A stretch of 64,000 bases of DNA from positions 19,222,001 to 19,286,000 of the forward strand of contig NC_087251.1 in the NCBI RefSeq assembly GCF_037042905.1, in the 5' to 3' direction. Origin of the DNA: Lytechinus pictus (Eukaryota). Shown one piece after another: positions 12,241 through 24,990 of this stretch. Under the pieces are notes generated by a model that saw nothing but the letters and a program-made list of their open reading frames with translations, was not told the origin of the DNA and did no database searches. Numbering within the stretch: position 1 is the stretch's first letter; each line of letters starts with the position of its first letter. A program made the position numbers and the translations under genes.

Positions 12241-13007
12241 GTCCAGACAGATTAGTCACTGCCCCTCCCCACGCAAGCCCCCTTCCGTTACTGTTCATTC
12301 ATATTCTTCCCCTTTTTTTGCCTCCCTATCCTGCCCCTCCACTCACTCTTCGCTACATTCATTTTCTTCTTTCCCTTCACCTTTCCTCTCCCCCTCTCTG
12401 GAATATCATGCACCTTTGATCTAGGGATAAGTCAGCTTAGGCCCCGGGATAGCATGGAATACGGGTGGTAAGTTCCTTTCAAGAGAGTGAAGGAGTTTAT
12501 TGCCTATGGGTATACTTCAGGGGGGTAAGTAGGGTATGTTATTGCCCCCTCCTTAATGTCATACCGGATATGATGATTCAGTTCGTATGTCCCCCGGCAT
12601 TTCAGAATGAATGGGTCAGCGTGGTTCAACCTCAACACGAAACATAATAAATGCTCAGTGCATCCATAGTAATAGCTCTATGGTGCATCCTAGTTTAAGT
12701 ATAACAAGGCTGATGTACTGAGGAGGGGGGAGTTAGGAGTGTTAGTCTGCTGTGCAAACCCTTCACTCGAGTTAAGGGTCTGAATGTGCAGCCTAATCAT
12801 GCCTTGTGTACTGAGGGCCCTGTGCTAGTCTTTGCGTGGAGATACACTTGCTGATCAAAGTTTCAATCAGGGTCTGTGCCTGCCGACTACTAGGAGGGGG
12901 GGGGGGGTGGGTGCTGGGGCACCTCCCTCAACATTTTTTATACTATTGTACAAAATCTGAACTTTTTTGCCAAATCATTGTTTTGTATCATCCAATATTA
13001 TAATTAA

Positions 13008-13573
13008 AGGACAAGTCCACCCCAACAAAAAGTTAATTTGAATAAAAAGAGAAAAATCCAACAAGCAAAACACTGAAAACTTAATCAAAATCGGATGTAA
13101 AATTAGAAAGTTATGACATTTTAAAGTTTTGCTTAATTTCACAAAACAGTTGTACGCATATCCTGGTCGGTATGCAAATGAGGAGACTGATGACGTCATC
13201 CACTCACTATTTCTTTTGTATCTTATTATACGAAATATTATAATTTTCTCCTCATTGTCAAGTGAAACAACGCGTGATTCCTCCATAAACCTGTGGAACT
13301 AGCATTGCTTAAAACTATATGATTCAGTCAAGTTGGTCCCTATTGTCAAATCTGTAAAAAAATGAAATAATGTATAATTCAAACAATAAAAAACAAAAGA
13401 AATAGTGAGTGATGGACATCATTGACCGTCTCATTTGCATGTCACTGAGGTGTGCATATCACTGTTATATATTTCTTATTTTACATCCGATTTTGATGAA
13501 ATTTTCAGCGTTATGCTAGTTCGATTTTTCTCTATTCATTCAAATCAACATTTTTATGGGGTGGACTTGACCT
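13008..13573. mobile_element. TTAA-target (Kolobok-like) MITE family K, copy 1
   Basis: TTAA-AGGACAAGTCCACCCC...GGGGTGGACTTGACC-TTAA with long imperfect TIRs; homologous to 18203-18806 and 42017-42654. Confidence 0.85.
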
Positions 13574-14168
13574 TAAAAAAAAATTTCATTGTATCTTTTG
13601 GCTCGCACGCTTAGCTCAATTGAATAAAAAAAAACCAATACACGGTATTCAAAATTAAGACCTCTTTGCCCGTCATTTCACCTCTAACCATTGGAGTACA
13701 AAATTGATTAACAATATGTATTTTTAAGGTCACCACACCAGTATAACTTGATTATTACAAAGTAAACTTTGGCATGATTTTTCTTCAAGTTTTATTTTGT
13801 GAAGTCCGACATGTAAATATGAAACTCCATAAAATACAATTTTCGATAAAATTTCAAATAACTTGAGCTGTTGATGAAAGAAACAATCGGAAACATTACT
13901 CCTAAACGCTTTCAGTGAAAGAAATACGTTAATAATATTCATATGAAGCTTAACATGATAGAGGACTTATGGTACACAATATATTGGCGAATAACTCGCA
14001 TGTGGCTTTACGGTAACAAAGTGAATTCCAAAATTTTCGAACTCTGTAATCCTTTGATATACAGGCGTATATTTATATCCATTTATCAAACATTGTTGAA
14101 ATTTCTCTCAATTTTTTACATTTTTTAATAAAACCATCTTAAAACCAGGGTTAACCTACCATTTAAAG

Positions 14169-14410
14169 CAGTGGCGTACAGATGGGGTGTTTTTCATAGG
14201 GCTACAGATGGGGTGTTTGGGGGCGAAAAGGGTGAAATGGGATATTGTGTTCAATATTTTATGTAAAAATATATCATAATGGGATTTTTTAAAGAAAAAA
14301 ATGTCAAAATTCTTGCTCGCTCGCTTCAGTCTCTCGCAACTTCTTTTTATAAATTTTGTCCGATGAGCCATATCTGGCCCCCTCAAACCTTTCGGCTCAT
14401 TACGCCACTG
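14169..14410. mobile_element. Small hAT-like MITE
   Basis: TIRs CAGTGGCGTA...TACGCCACTG; 7/8 TSD ATTTAAAG / CTTTAAAG. Confidence 0.8.
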
Positions 14411-14887
14411 CTTTAAAGGGTATTCAGCCATATGAAAACAATAATGACTAACAAATCTCATTCCCTAGAAGCGTCTCCCACTGATGAAAATTTGTAATTA
14501 TTGCAATCTAAGCCTGGGTAATGATTTCACTACTGGCTGCTCTACGTATCTAAATACAATCCAAAACCAGGGCTGTGTACCACTCATTGCCTACTATATA
14601 TCAGCATAATAAGATTGTAAAACTTCTAAATCATGAAATATGCCATGATATATACATTTTTCAAATTTAAAATTTGTCACACTGCAAAATTGAGAAGAAT
14701 TAATTCTTTGTGTAAATCGAATAAGATCAATTCATATCAGTTTCGTGTTTTACAAAAAAAGTGTCCAATCATGATAAAGATCAGTGATGAGAACAGTGTT
14801 CTAATCACGAGTTTAAATTCTCTAAATTGAGTTTAGATACCTGTACACTAAATTTGAAGAAATTTATAATTAGAAAGTCAAAAAGGG

Positions 14888-14926
14888 GCCTAAGCTTTCG
14901 ATCCTAGCAGAATCTTCGTCGGAGGC
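14888..14926 (-). ncRNA. Minimal type I hammerhead ribozyme-like motif (variant core) at the PLE 3' end
   Basis: Minus strand reads GCCT-CCGACGA-A-GATTCT-GCT-AGGATC-GAAA-GC-TT-AGGC: stem I GCCT/AGGC, core CCGACGA (canonical CUGANGA), stem II GATTCT/AGGATC, GAAA, palindromic AGCT stem III. Confidence 0.7.
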
Positions 14927-15671
14927 AAAATGACAAACATATAAAGTGGAACAACCATAATATAGACCACAAACAAGCTACAGCAACACTAGAAACAAGG
15001 AGACAAAAGGGGCATTAGTGAGTAGAGAAGACCAATCAGGTTAGTGAAGGGGATGAAAGAAAAGGAGTAGGCAGACACAAAGGGAAGTTAGTGTAAGTAA
15101 GGCCAGTAAAAGACCTCAAGCCAAGAGGGATAAAAATAATGAGGCAGGCAACATCAAACAGGATCTGGAACAAAACAGTGATAATGGGATGAAAAACAAG
15201 AGAATTAGTGAGAGGTGGGTCAAACAGGTTACAAAGAAAGGCTTAATAAACTGGTGCATAAGAGCGGGGGAAAAAAAGAAAAAGAATGGGGAACAACTGA
15301 TAATGTGCAAAAGACATATAAGTATATATGATAAAGCAATAAACAAACTAAGAGAAGAAGGTAAGTGTAAATATGTATCTATAAGTGATATGTATATAAA
15401 TATATCCAAAAAGGAAATGTATATGAAAAAATATATAAATACACATATGGTGTAACTGATATTGTAATCCGCTAGGTGTGACGGGAAAAAAACATAAGAC
15501 TATATAGTAGGAAAAAAAAAAAAAAAAAAACCTGTGTATGTGAAAAAGAGGAAGCAAATTGCCTAAAAAGGTAAAAGCAAATATAGAAGATAGGGGGTGT
15601 ATTATGAAGAAACCATAGTATACATGTAAATAAGCAAATGTGGTAAATCTAAAAGAGGTGAGTGGAGAAAA

Positions 15672-15710
<39 letters not shown>

Positions 15711-15866
15711 AGTATTATATCGCCTGAATAAGGAAGGAAAAATTGGAGCTGAGCTTGTATGAGATATGGGAGGAAAGTAGAGTAAGAAACTATAATGTAA
15801 CTATTCAAAAGAGCTGAGGGGAAAAATATATGTATATATAAATTGAAAGTGGATAGGAAAGAAAAA

Positions 15867-16508
15867 TCAGTCGTTCCCCTCTTGGATGTTCAGGCCATGA
15901 GGTTGGGTGGTGCGAAGTCGTCTCATCCAGAGCTTTTCCCTGCTAGTACGGACTGAGTCAGGACGGGTACCTAAAGATTCGATGCCCTGTAGCATCATGT
16001 CAGTGATGGAGTGGTTGGGGAGGTTAAAATGGCAGCCAACTGGAGTGTCCAGCTTTGCTGTGTTGACGGTGGATCTGTGCCCATAGAATCGTTTCTTGAG
16101 TGTGGTCTTGGATTCCCCTATGTATTGTACCCTACAAACTCTGCAAGTGATGAGATATACAACATTAGTGGTAGTGCATGTGATGTTGCCCTTGATTTGG
16201 TGAGACAGGCTGGTAGAGTTGCTGGTGAAAGTATCGCCCTCGTGAAGGTGTATTTCACATATGATGCACCTGTTGCTGGTGCATTTGAAGGTGCCATGCT
16301 GTATGGGAGAAGAATGGTTAGTGAGGGAGGGCACTTCAGCACGAACAATGAGGTCCCTGAGATTCGGTGGGCGTCGGTATGCTAGAAGGGGAGTATCGGG
16401 AACGGCCTGTTGGAGACGATCAGAAGTGTGTAAAATGTGGTGGTTATCAAACAGGATTTTGCGGAGAGGGGGTAGATTGGGATGGAAGGTGGTCACAAGC
16501 GGTATTCT
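15867..16508 (-). pseudogene. C-terminal linker plus GIY-YIG endonuclease of the Penelope-like element (RT lost by 5' truncation)
   Basis: RIPLVTTFHP; AYRRPPNLRDLIVRA; Cys linker CTSNRCIIC; NVVYLITCRVCRVQYIGES..LKKRFYGHRS; HF...H; REKLW..L.T..P.GLN. Confidence 0.9.
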
Positions 16509-16914
16509 GTAATTTATAATTACTCTACTCGAAACCTGATACACATGTATATATTGTGTAAGAATTGGGTGTTATCAGTTTTTTCTTCCTAAGTTATTCT
16601 TCCTCTAATGTTTATTTGTGATTTTTTAAAAACCCTTTTTGTATCTGCATTTAACTTGTGACACACTCGATATTTTATTGTTTTTTTATATTTTCAAATC
16701 GCTCTCAACATAGTGTACCCATCATCATGTTTTATGCGAGTAGATGTTGTAACGTTTAAAAAAAACACGCGCAGGAAGTGCATGTAAAACTGGTTTCGGT
16801 ATGTCCTTGGTTTGTACGCAGTGTTCAGTTGATTAGTAATGGTTTTAACTAATGTGTGTAAGTTTACCATTTCCTATCGTTTATCATTACGTGTTTTTGC
16901 ACTTTTCGTCAATC

Positions 16915-17030
16915 AGGGGCCCATAATGGTCGTAGAACAATTTTGTACGATTGATTCCATTGACAACAATGTGCAATCAATCGTGAAAATCAAGCGTACG
17001 TTTGATCGCTAACCTTTGTGTTACGGGGCC
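16915..17030. mobile_element. Small degenerate MITE
   Basis: GGGCCC(C) termini with internal inverted segments (ACGATTGATT / AATCAATCGT). Confidence 0.45.
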
Positions 17031-18202
17031 CACCTAGGTTAAGAAAGCTATTGTTCAGAGAGCGTATCAGGTCACTACTCATTATTACAGTCATGCACAT
17101 GACGCCTCAAACGGTATAGTTATGATGATGTATTAATAGCATCGTCGTTCGAAGAGTAACGTTTCAATTGTTGTAAGTTATTTTGGATTTTTATATCAAA
17201 GCTTATTTGTTTCGATATTGCATCATGTGCAGTGGGGAAAAGCATTATAATTAGTGTGTGGATTATATTTTGTGAAAGCGTTTTTAATATTGCTCTCCGC
17301 TTTATCGATGATAATTTGTTTATTTGTGTTCTCCTTTACATGGACATTATTTTATACTTTGATCGATGAACAGGCTTAGTCCTACAACATCGTTAATTGG
17401 AGTAAACTAAACTAACTAAACTAATGTGTTTGTTTGTTATTTTGTTTAGCATGCTGCGTGCTTATGCAGTTTTATTCAAAGAGATTTCGTTTTACATGTA
17501 TTTCGTGGGTTGCATACACAGTATCATAATATGTATACGGTATACAGTATAAAGATGTTACTTGTACTTTATTAGCGAGAAGGTGCAATGATAGCGATGT
17601 GAGAAGAAAGAAAACATTTCTCTTGGAATCAGGTTGGGCAAGGCTTTGTCCACTTGTGTTAAACAGCGTTGTTTAGAAATTATGTTAATCGTTATGTGTT
17701 GGATTGAGTTATAAAGTTTATAATTTCAATCGTAATATTCGCTAGAGGTGTAGAGTTAGAGTTGTGTACCATATACACAATATGCAATGGTAACGGTAAT
17801 TCAATAAGGTGGAATGCCCCAGTTATAATATTTTTCGGATTTCCAGTTCAGTGGGTGCTTTATGTATCTCTTAAATAGGAAATTATGATCGATCAAACGG
17901 TAAGGGGAAAAGGGAAAATGGATGACCTCAATATATATGTGTATGGTCGGCTACGTTCAAGCATGTTCAGCCCGGGTTTCTAATAAAGATGGAATGACTT
18001 TAAGAAAAGTGTCCGAGGTTTTTAATTTCCTCTGCTTTGACGGTGATTGAACAAAACAAAATCATGATAATTCTATCGCAAAGTAAATGTTAAGGTCTTT
18101 CGAATAGTCAGGTTATAAAATCAACTCCAGGGGGTAGACTTGACCTTTAAAAAGAATGACTATGAATAAAAAAAAAACTCTATTCCCTGAGTGACCGTTT
18201 AA

Positions 18203-18806
18203 AGGAAAAGTCCACCCCAACAAAAAGTTGATTCGAATAAATAGAGAAAAATCCAACAAGCATAACACTGAAAATTTCATCAAAATCGGATGTAAACTAA
18301 GAAAGTTATGACATTTTAAAGTTTCGCTTAATTTCACAAAACAGTTATATTCACATCCTTGTCGTTATGCAAATGAGAAGACTGATGACACCACTCACTA
18401 TTTCTTTTGTATTTTATTATATGAAATATGAAATATTCAAATTTTCTCCCTGTTGTCGAGTGAAACAACGATTAATTCCTCCCTGAACATGTGCAATTAG
18501 CATTGTTTAATAGTATATGGTTCAATCAAGTTGGTCCATATCGTCAAATCTGTAAAAAAAAAAATGAAATATTGTATAATTCAAACAATAACAAACAAAA
18601 GAAATAGTGAGTGAGGGATATCATCGTCTGTCTCATTTGCATGTCACTGAGTTGTGCATATCACTGTTTTGTGAAAAATAAGCGAAACTTTAAAATGTCA
18701 TAACTTTCTTATTTTACATCCGATTTTGATGAAATTTTCAGCATAATCCTTGTTTGATTTGTCTCTATTTATTCAAATCAACATTTTTCTGGGGTGGACT
18801 TGTCCT
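18203..18806. mobile_element. TTAA-target MITE family K, copy 2
   Basis: TTAA-AGGAAAAGTCCACCCC...GGGGTGGACTTGTCCT-TTAG; ~140-bp imperfect TIRs; homologous to 13008-13573. Confidence 0.88.
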
Positions 18807-19450
18807 TTAGGGGAATTTTTCTATGCACCAGAATATACACCCTGTTATTTTTAATGCGCCCTAAATTATACTAATCATGTATAAAACTTTTGAGTGCATG
18901 AGCATGTTGTTATAACAATGTACAGATGTACTTGGCCAACTATGAAATACCAGAATGGAACTACGAAATGGCTTATTCACGAATGGCGCGATTGAAATTT
19001 AGTCTTGGGTCAAGGTAATTATTAGCAATATATGATACCATGAAATACTGCATGCAAAATATTTAACCCAGAGAATCCAGTGAAATGGTTTTCTATATCT
19101 TTAGAATATATTGTGGATAAGATGAGCGCAGGACGATTTAGACGGTCTTTAATGACACTTCACTCAAAGGGATAAGTTGATTAATGTTTTTGTTTCATCT
19201 TGTGCAGCTATAAAGCATTGTTTATACAAAATGTCCGAGAGAGGGATCTTCTGCTTTTATTTAAACAATACCGTACGCATCTAATATCCCTGTGGGATGT
19301 TGTGATGTTATTCTTCTCCTTCTATCGACCGTGAAACTATTTCATCTGCCTCAGGCTGGGTTGTATAATTATTAGAATCCGAAATGACATTCAAGAACCG
19401 ATCATGATGATAGACCGTGTCCTGGGTTAAAATCCAGAGATGACAAAAAA

Positions 19451-21824
19451 AAGGAGTGCCTCTGGCAGTCTCGGCTGCATTACGCGATTCAATATAGCAG
19501 CAGTGCTGACTTTGAAAACGACTATAGAATAATCATTCATAATGATATGATTAAATGATATGTTCATTGACCCTAAATAACATTTAACCTTGATCGTGTG
19601 ACCGAAGACTTGTGAAAGACGATCAGTGATACTTGATTAACCTTAAGTCCACATTTCATGAACTAAATCCATAAACTTTCAAAGTTATGATGGCAACTCA
19701 ACAAATACCCCTAACACGGCGAAAGTTCATTGCTCTTGGTCATCTTACCTGAAGCTCACGCAGGGTGTGCACTAATGCTTGATGTCCAAGTTTCATGAAC
19801 TAGATCCATATACTTTCAGAGTTATGACATTTAAAACAACTTAACCTTGGCCAGATTTTGTTTTGATTCCCCCAACATAATCTAAGTTCATTGAGCCTAA
19901 ATGAACTTTGACCTTAATCATGTGACCTGAAACTCACAAAGGATGTTCAGTGATACTTGATTACTTTTATGTCCAAGTTACATGAACCAGATCACTAAAC
20001 ATTCAAAGTTATGATGAAAATCAACAAATACCCCCAACATGGCCAAAGTTCATTGACCCTAAATGACCTTTGACCTTAGTCATGTGACCTGAAACTCTAA
20101 CAGGATTTTCAGAAATACTTGATCACCCTTATGTCCATGTTTTATGAACTAGGTCCATATACTTTCTTAGTTATGATGGCATTTCAAAAACCTTAACCTT
20201 TGGTTAAGATTTGATGTTGATTCCCCAAACATGGTCTAAGTTCATTGACAATAAATGACCTCTGACCTTGATCATGTGACCTCAAACTCAGCCAGAATGT
20301 GCAGAAATACTTAATTACCATTATGATAAAGTTTCATGAACTAGGCCCATATACTTTCGAAGTTATGATGACATTTCAAAAACCTTAACCTTTGGTTAAG
20401 ATTTGATGTTGATGACGCCGCCGCCGTCGGAAAAGCGGCGCCTATACAGTGCGTATCAAAATAAAACGGGACAGGTTTGAAAAGTCTATAAAATTTGTGT
20501 TTCAAATTAAGATCTCTATATTTTTGTGTCAATATGTGCTCTGAAGTCTTATCCTGCAAAGCCATTAAAATAATTTAGTTTCATTCATGCTTGAGCGAAC
20601 ACGGAATGTTTTTGTCTGTGGTTAAAAAAGAGACTTGCGCCAAAATGGCATAAAATGATAAATATGATGGTCGGACTTCTTGCTAATCAGCAGACTTCCT
20701 CTTAACCTTTTCATTATCTGTGCAAAAATTGTCAAATTATGCAGTCAAAATTCATTACCAAATCCTCTTATTTGCTGGAATAGATCTGTTGTTGTTCCTT
20801 TTTAATATGTTCTCTTTTAGCTTTGAATATTCCTTCTTTAGACAAGAACAATTTTTTTTTAACCGTAGTATGGGAGAGCATTTTTTTAAAATCCTTTCAC
20901 AGGTGCTACAAAGGCTATGGTGCCTTAAAACAGTGGCATACAGATGGGTGGGGGCTCGGGATGACCCCCCCCCCATAAAAAAATCATGACCAAGAAAAAA
21001 AGTGGAAAGGAAAATAACAGAAAACATAGAAATTGAAATATGATATCATTTACTGAATATTATGTCAAAAATCACAAAATTTGATATTTTAATAAAAAAG
21101 TGGAAATTATTGCTTGCTCGCTTCACAACTTTTTAATACATTTTACCCGATCTGCCACATCTTGCTCCTTCAAAATTGACTCAATACACCATTGCCATTG
21201 AAAGACATGAATCCTTTCTTGTTTGTCCTGTCAAGTACATAATTAAACTTGGTGAAGGATTCAATAACCCCTTGAAAATAGGATTCATGTCTTTTATAGG
21301 TACCGTAACATAATTTGTTTCACATACCAGTAATAAAAGGATTTGAATAATTACAAATTCTCACAATTAATAATACGAATCTTCTTACTTGGGTTGACAA
21401 AAAGTCTTCTTTTCTTACTTATGAAGGAAAATTCAAAGATAAAAGAAGTTAAAATGAAAAACAAAAATAATTCAGGTAAATAAATAAATTTGTAAATTAA
21501 ATTTGACAGCATAATTTGAAAAGTATGGCAAAGATAATGAAAAGATTAAGAGGAAGTCTGCTGATTAGCAAAAAGTATAATCCTCTAATTTCTAATTTTG
21601 GCGCCAGCCTCTGTTTGAACCCCCGACAAAAACGTCCCGTGTTCGCTCAATCATTAACAAAATTTATTTTTTTAAATGGCATTTCAAAGATAGGATCTCA
21701 GAGCATCTATTAACATCAAAATATAGATATAATAATATGAAACAAATTTTTTATAGACTTTTCAAAACTGTTCCGTTTTTTTTATACGCACTGTATAGTC
21801 TCGCTCTGCTATGCAGGCGAGACA
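19451..21824 (+). mobile_element. Helentron-associated (HINE/DINE-like) non-autonomous element with internal tandem array
   Basis: Subterminal inverted repeats GTCTCGGCTGCAT (19468-19480) / ATGCAGGCGAGAC (21811-21823); 3' hairpin GTCTCGC...GCGAGAC; internal ~160-190-bp TGACCTTTGACC-containing units (19560-20410). Superfamily assignment is by structural analogy. Confidence 0.7.
20447..21793. mobile_element. Tc1/mariner-like non-autonomous element with long TIRs, nested in the HINE-like element
   Basis: CAGTGCGTATCAAAA...TTTTATACGCACTG flanked by TA (TATA on both sides); imperfect TIRs extend ~300 bp; no transposase ORF. Confidence 0.85.
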
Positions 21825-22688
21825 TAGTCCCAACAAGGAAGCAACAATACTGTACAACAATGGTCTGCCTAGCGCAGATAATAGGGAGCAAGATCATATT
21901 TTCATATTTTAAAGAGATAACAAAAATATACTGTATATGTAATGAACCAGTTAATTTTTTTGTTGGTTATTTCACAATTTAGTATCAATATTGTGGTTAT
22001 GTTTCAAAGAAATTTGACATGTAATTTATTCCGGGTTTTTCTATCAAGATGGTGTTCAACAAAAAAGAGTTCTCTTCATTTTGAAAATCAAATAAAAAAT
22101 ATATTTAACTGAAACTTATGTTTCACCTTAGTTTCAAGCTGTTCTATTTGTTGACAGATAATATATAGTGCGTTTCAAAACAAAAATATTTTGAAAAACA
22201 TCCTATAAAATAAAAAAATATGATATCCTTTTTCATTCTATATTGGTATATTGGTATAGGTCTCTTTAAAGGGGGTGCGATATATACCAATACTGTGTAT
22301 TGTATCGCATACTGTGCTAGTTTTGAAATATATCTATTGAGATGACTATTAGTAATGTAGACGATGATATATTAGCCATTAGATATATTTTTTGTGTATA
22401 CAGACTAATGTTTTTGAGTGCAAAAGTATCTGTTTTACAACGCGATAACATTATTATTGCGATATGAGTGTATTGAGTCCCGGTATTGAGTAGTGGGACA
22501 AAATTATAATACAAGAATGTTGAGAATGTCCAACTTCCCTGGTCTACCCTACTTACTACATGTAGACCATCGTGATATAATGTGCGTTACATGTAGCAGT
22601 GAACAGTATGCAGTATGCAGTAGGCCGTGCGTATGAGATGTGAACCCCTCGTCAAATTACTGACGCTTGGTCCTTCAAGCAACACGTA

Positions 22689-22870
22689 GACGGGTCAATA
22701 TATGGTTTGACCCGGAACAAATTGCAACAAATGATTTTTCAACGGTATTTTGTACTATTTGACCTCAGGAATAACATACTAAAAATCTACCAAAATCCGC
22801 ATCCGGGAAAGTGGTCATTTGTTGCAATTTGTTCCGGGTAAGGCTATTTTTAGTCGTATATTGAACCGTC
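22689..22870. mobile_element. TA-flanked MITE
   Basis: GACGGGTCAATATA...TATATTGAACCGTC plus inner CCCGGAACAAATTGCAACAAATGA / TCATTTGTTGCAATTTGTTCCGGG; TA on both sides. Confidence 0.8.
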
Positions 22871-22895
22871 TAACGCTTTAGAATCAACCTTTGTC

Positions 22896-23167
22896 CAGGG
22901 CCGTCGCAAAAGAGGGGGGGGGGGGGGGGTGCGACACTACCCACTACTTTGGATATTGTGAAAATGTGAATGATAATAGTTTTCCGCCCCCTCCAATATT
23001 GATGAAAGCTAGATCTGCCCCTGGGTATAACGAAAGAAAATGTGACTGAGGAGAATGGGGAACTCTCCCATGACTCATGGTCGTCGGTAATCGGTACCGA
23101 TATTTGTCGGTAATCAGGACCCTCACACCCCCCCCCCCCCACTGGAAAAGGCCAAGCGACGCCCCTG
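22896..23167. mobile_element. hAT-like MITE
   Basis: CAGGGCCGTCGC...GCGACGCCCCTG; perfect 8-bp TSD CCTTTGTC (22888-22895, 23168-23175). Confidence 0.88.
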
Positions 23168-23433
23168 CCTTTGTCCTAATCCTTCCCTAACCCTATATAT
23201 TGAGAAGCGTAGACATAGCAAAATATGGTTAATAATTAATCCATCCAATGTAGTCTACATGCATCAGTCCACTGACATAAACAGATAGCGGTGATAACAA
23301 TCGGAAAAAACCTGCATTAATGCACTGATCTGACACAATGTGGAAGTATTTTGATAGTTACTTTAGAAAATTTTGTATATTTGTCGATCTGTTTCCATGA
23401 TCGATGATTGAGGCCTTTTGAGGGTAGCCTCAG

Positions 23434-24990
23434 CAGTGGCGTAACAGGCAGGGGGGGGGGGCAGGGGGGCAAGCTGCCCCCCTGGCGGAGCTCACCGGGA
23501 AAATAAAAAAACGTGAACAAGAAAAAAAAAGGGGGGAGGGAAGGGAAAGGAAAGAAAAAGGGAAAGGAAAAGGGAAAAGAAAACTAAGAAAAAACATAAA
23601 AAAGAGAAAACGGAAAGATTCTGCCATTCATAACTGAACGAAAAGGAAGGAAAAAAGAACAAGTGAGAAAGAACAACTCGCCCCGATATACAAATACATT
23701 AGCATGATTAGTAAGACAGGGAAATAAATTAAAGATGACAAAAGGGCAAACAAAAGCGGGAAATAAAGGCAGAATGGAATTAGCCAAAATCTAAATTGGA
23801 AAATAAAGAATAGGGACAAGATAACGTACACTACCGGGCTTCAGAGGATTGAGATAACGAGCGGGAAGAAAAATGGATGGTATATCGCATAATGTCGTAT
23901 GAAATAAACTTGCTAAATCTCCAAAGGCTCTGTCCAAGAGTCAAGACCCCGTGCAGTGGGGGCTCTTCATCTGTAACCTTTAATGGGTTCTATAACGGGC
24001 CCCTATATGGACCCTACCTGCATTAAGCTTTATGTTGAAGCACTGGCGTACCAGGGGGTGATTCCACAGCCAAGGGGAAATAAAAGAAAATAAAGGAGGC
24101 CGCGAAATGAGATGAATGAAAAAAAATATATGAAATGATATTTGCTATAATGATGTAAAAATCTATCACATAATTAGAATTTCATTTTAACAGGCCATTT
24201 TTTTTTCTGGCTCGCTTCGCTCGCTGGTGACTTTTTACCAATTTTCCCACATTTGCTATGGTGTGCCCCTTACAATATTTGGATGATTACGATACACAAC
24301 TGTATTGAATTTATGTGTTGTGTTAAAGCTATATAAATATACACGCAATTTGATTAAAATAAATGGCCATCTGTAAGGTTTAAAATGGCTTTGATATCAA
24401 GAGGTTCCGGGGCTCTGCCCTGGACCCCACCCATAGAGCACTGTTATATGGATGAGTTTGGACCATGGCCCCCAAAAGTTCTACAACCAAAAAAAAAATG
24501 AGGAAAGAAAGGAAAGTGTATTATATTTTTCTGAATATCACGTTAAAATCTATCTTCATGTTAGATTCTCATGAAAAGGTGATTTTTTTATCTCGCTCGC
24601 TTTGCTCGCTCGGGACCTATATTAAGCTACTTCTTGCCAGAAGCGCCATACTCGGCCCCCTCGAGCATATAGAGCTTCGCCCTGATGCTCACAATCATAA
24701 CAAAAATCCTGTTCACCGTGGCGTACAAAAAAAGAGAGAAAAAAGGAAAGAGAGGAGAGTGAAATATGATATCATCTTTTTAACATTATGTCAAAATCTA
24801 TCACAAAATTTGATTTTTGCAATTAAAATGTCAAAAAATTTTGCTCGCTCACTTTTATATATATATTTGCCCGATACGCCATATCGCCCCCTCAAAAATT
24901 TTGCCTTATGACGCCATTGCCTGTTCCATGATATGACCGGGAAATTTTTGGCTCTTGCCCCCCTGGCCACCGATCCCTGTTACGCCGCTG
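23434..24990 (-). mobile_element. hAT-like family B, second (inverted) copy, ~390 bp upstream of the transporter ATG
   Basis: CAGTGGCGTAACAGG...CCTGTTACGCCGCTG; 7/8 TSD AGCCTCAG / AGCCTCAT; colinear reverse complement of 7938-9821. Confidence 0.88.

Larger units (their letters stand above)
14873..16510 (-). mobile_element. 5'-truncated Penelope-like retroelement (Neptune-type)
   Basis: GIY-YIG endonuclease ORF, ~1-kb 3' UTR and a terminal hammerhead-like motif; bounded by a 12-bp direct repeat AATTTATAATTA (14861-14872, 16511-16522). Confidence 0.9.

Noticed and set aside
16509..16544. Tracked N-terminus (MYQVSSRVIINY) of the GIY-YIG ORF
   Set aside because: Lies in the TSD and flanking DNA and starts at GTG; not part of the element.
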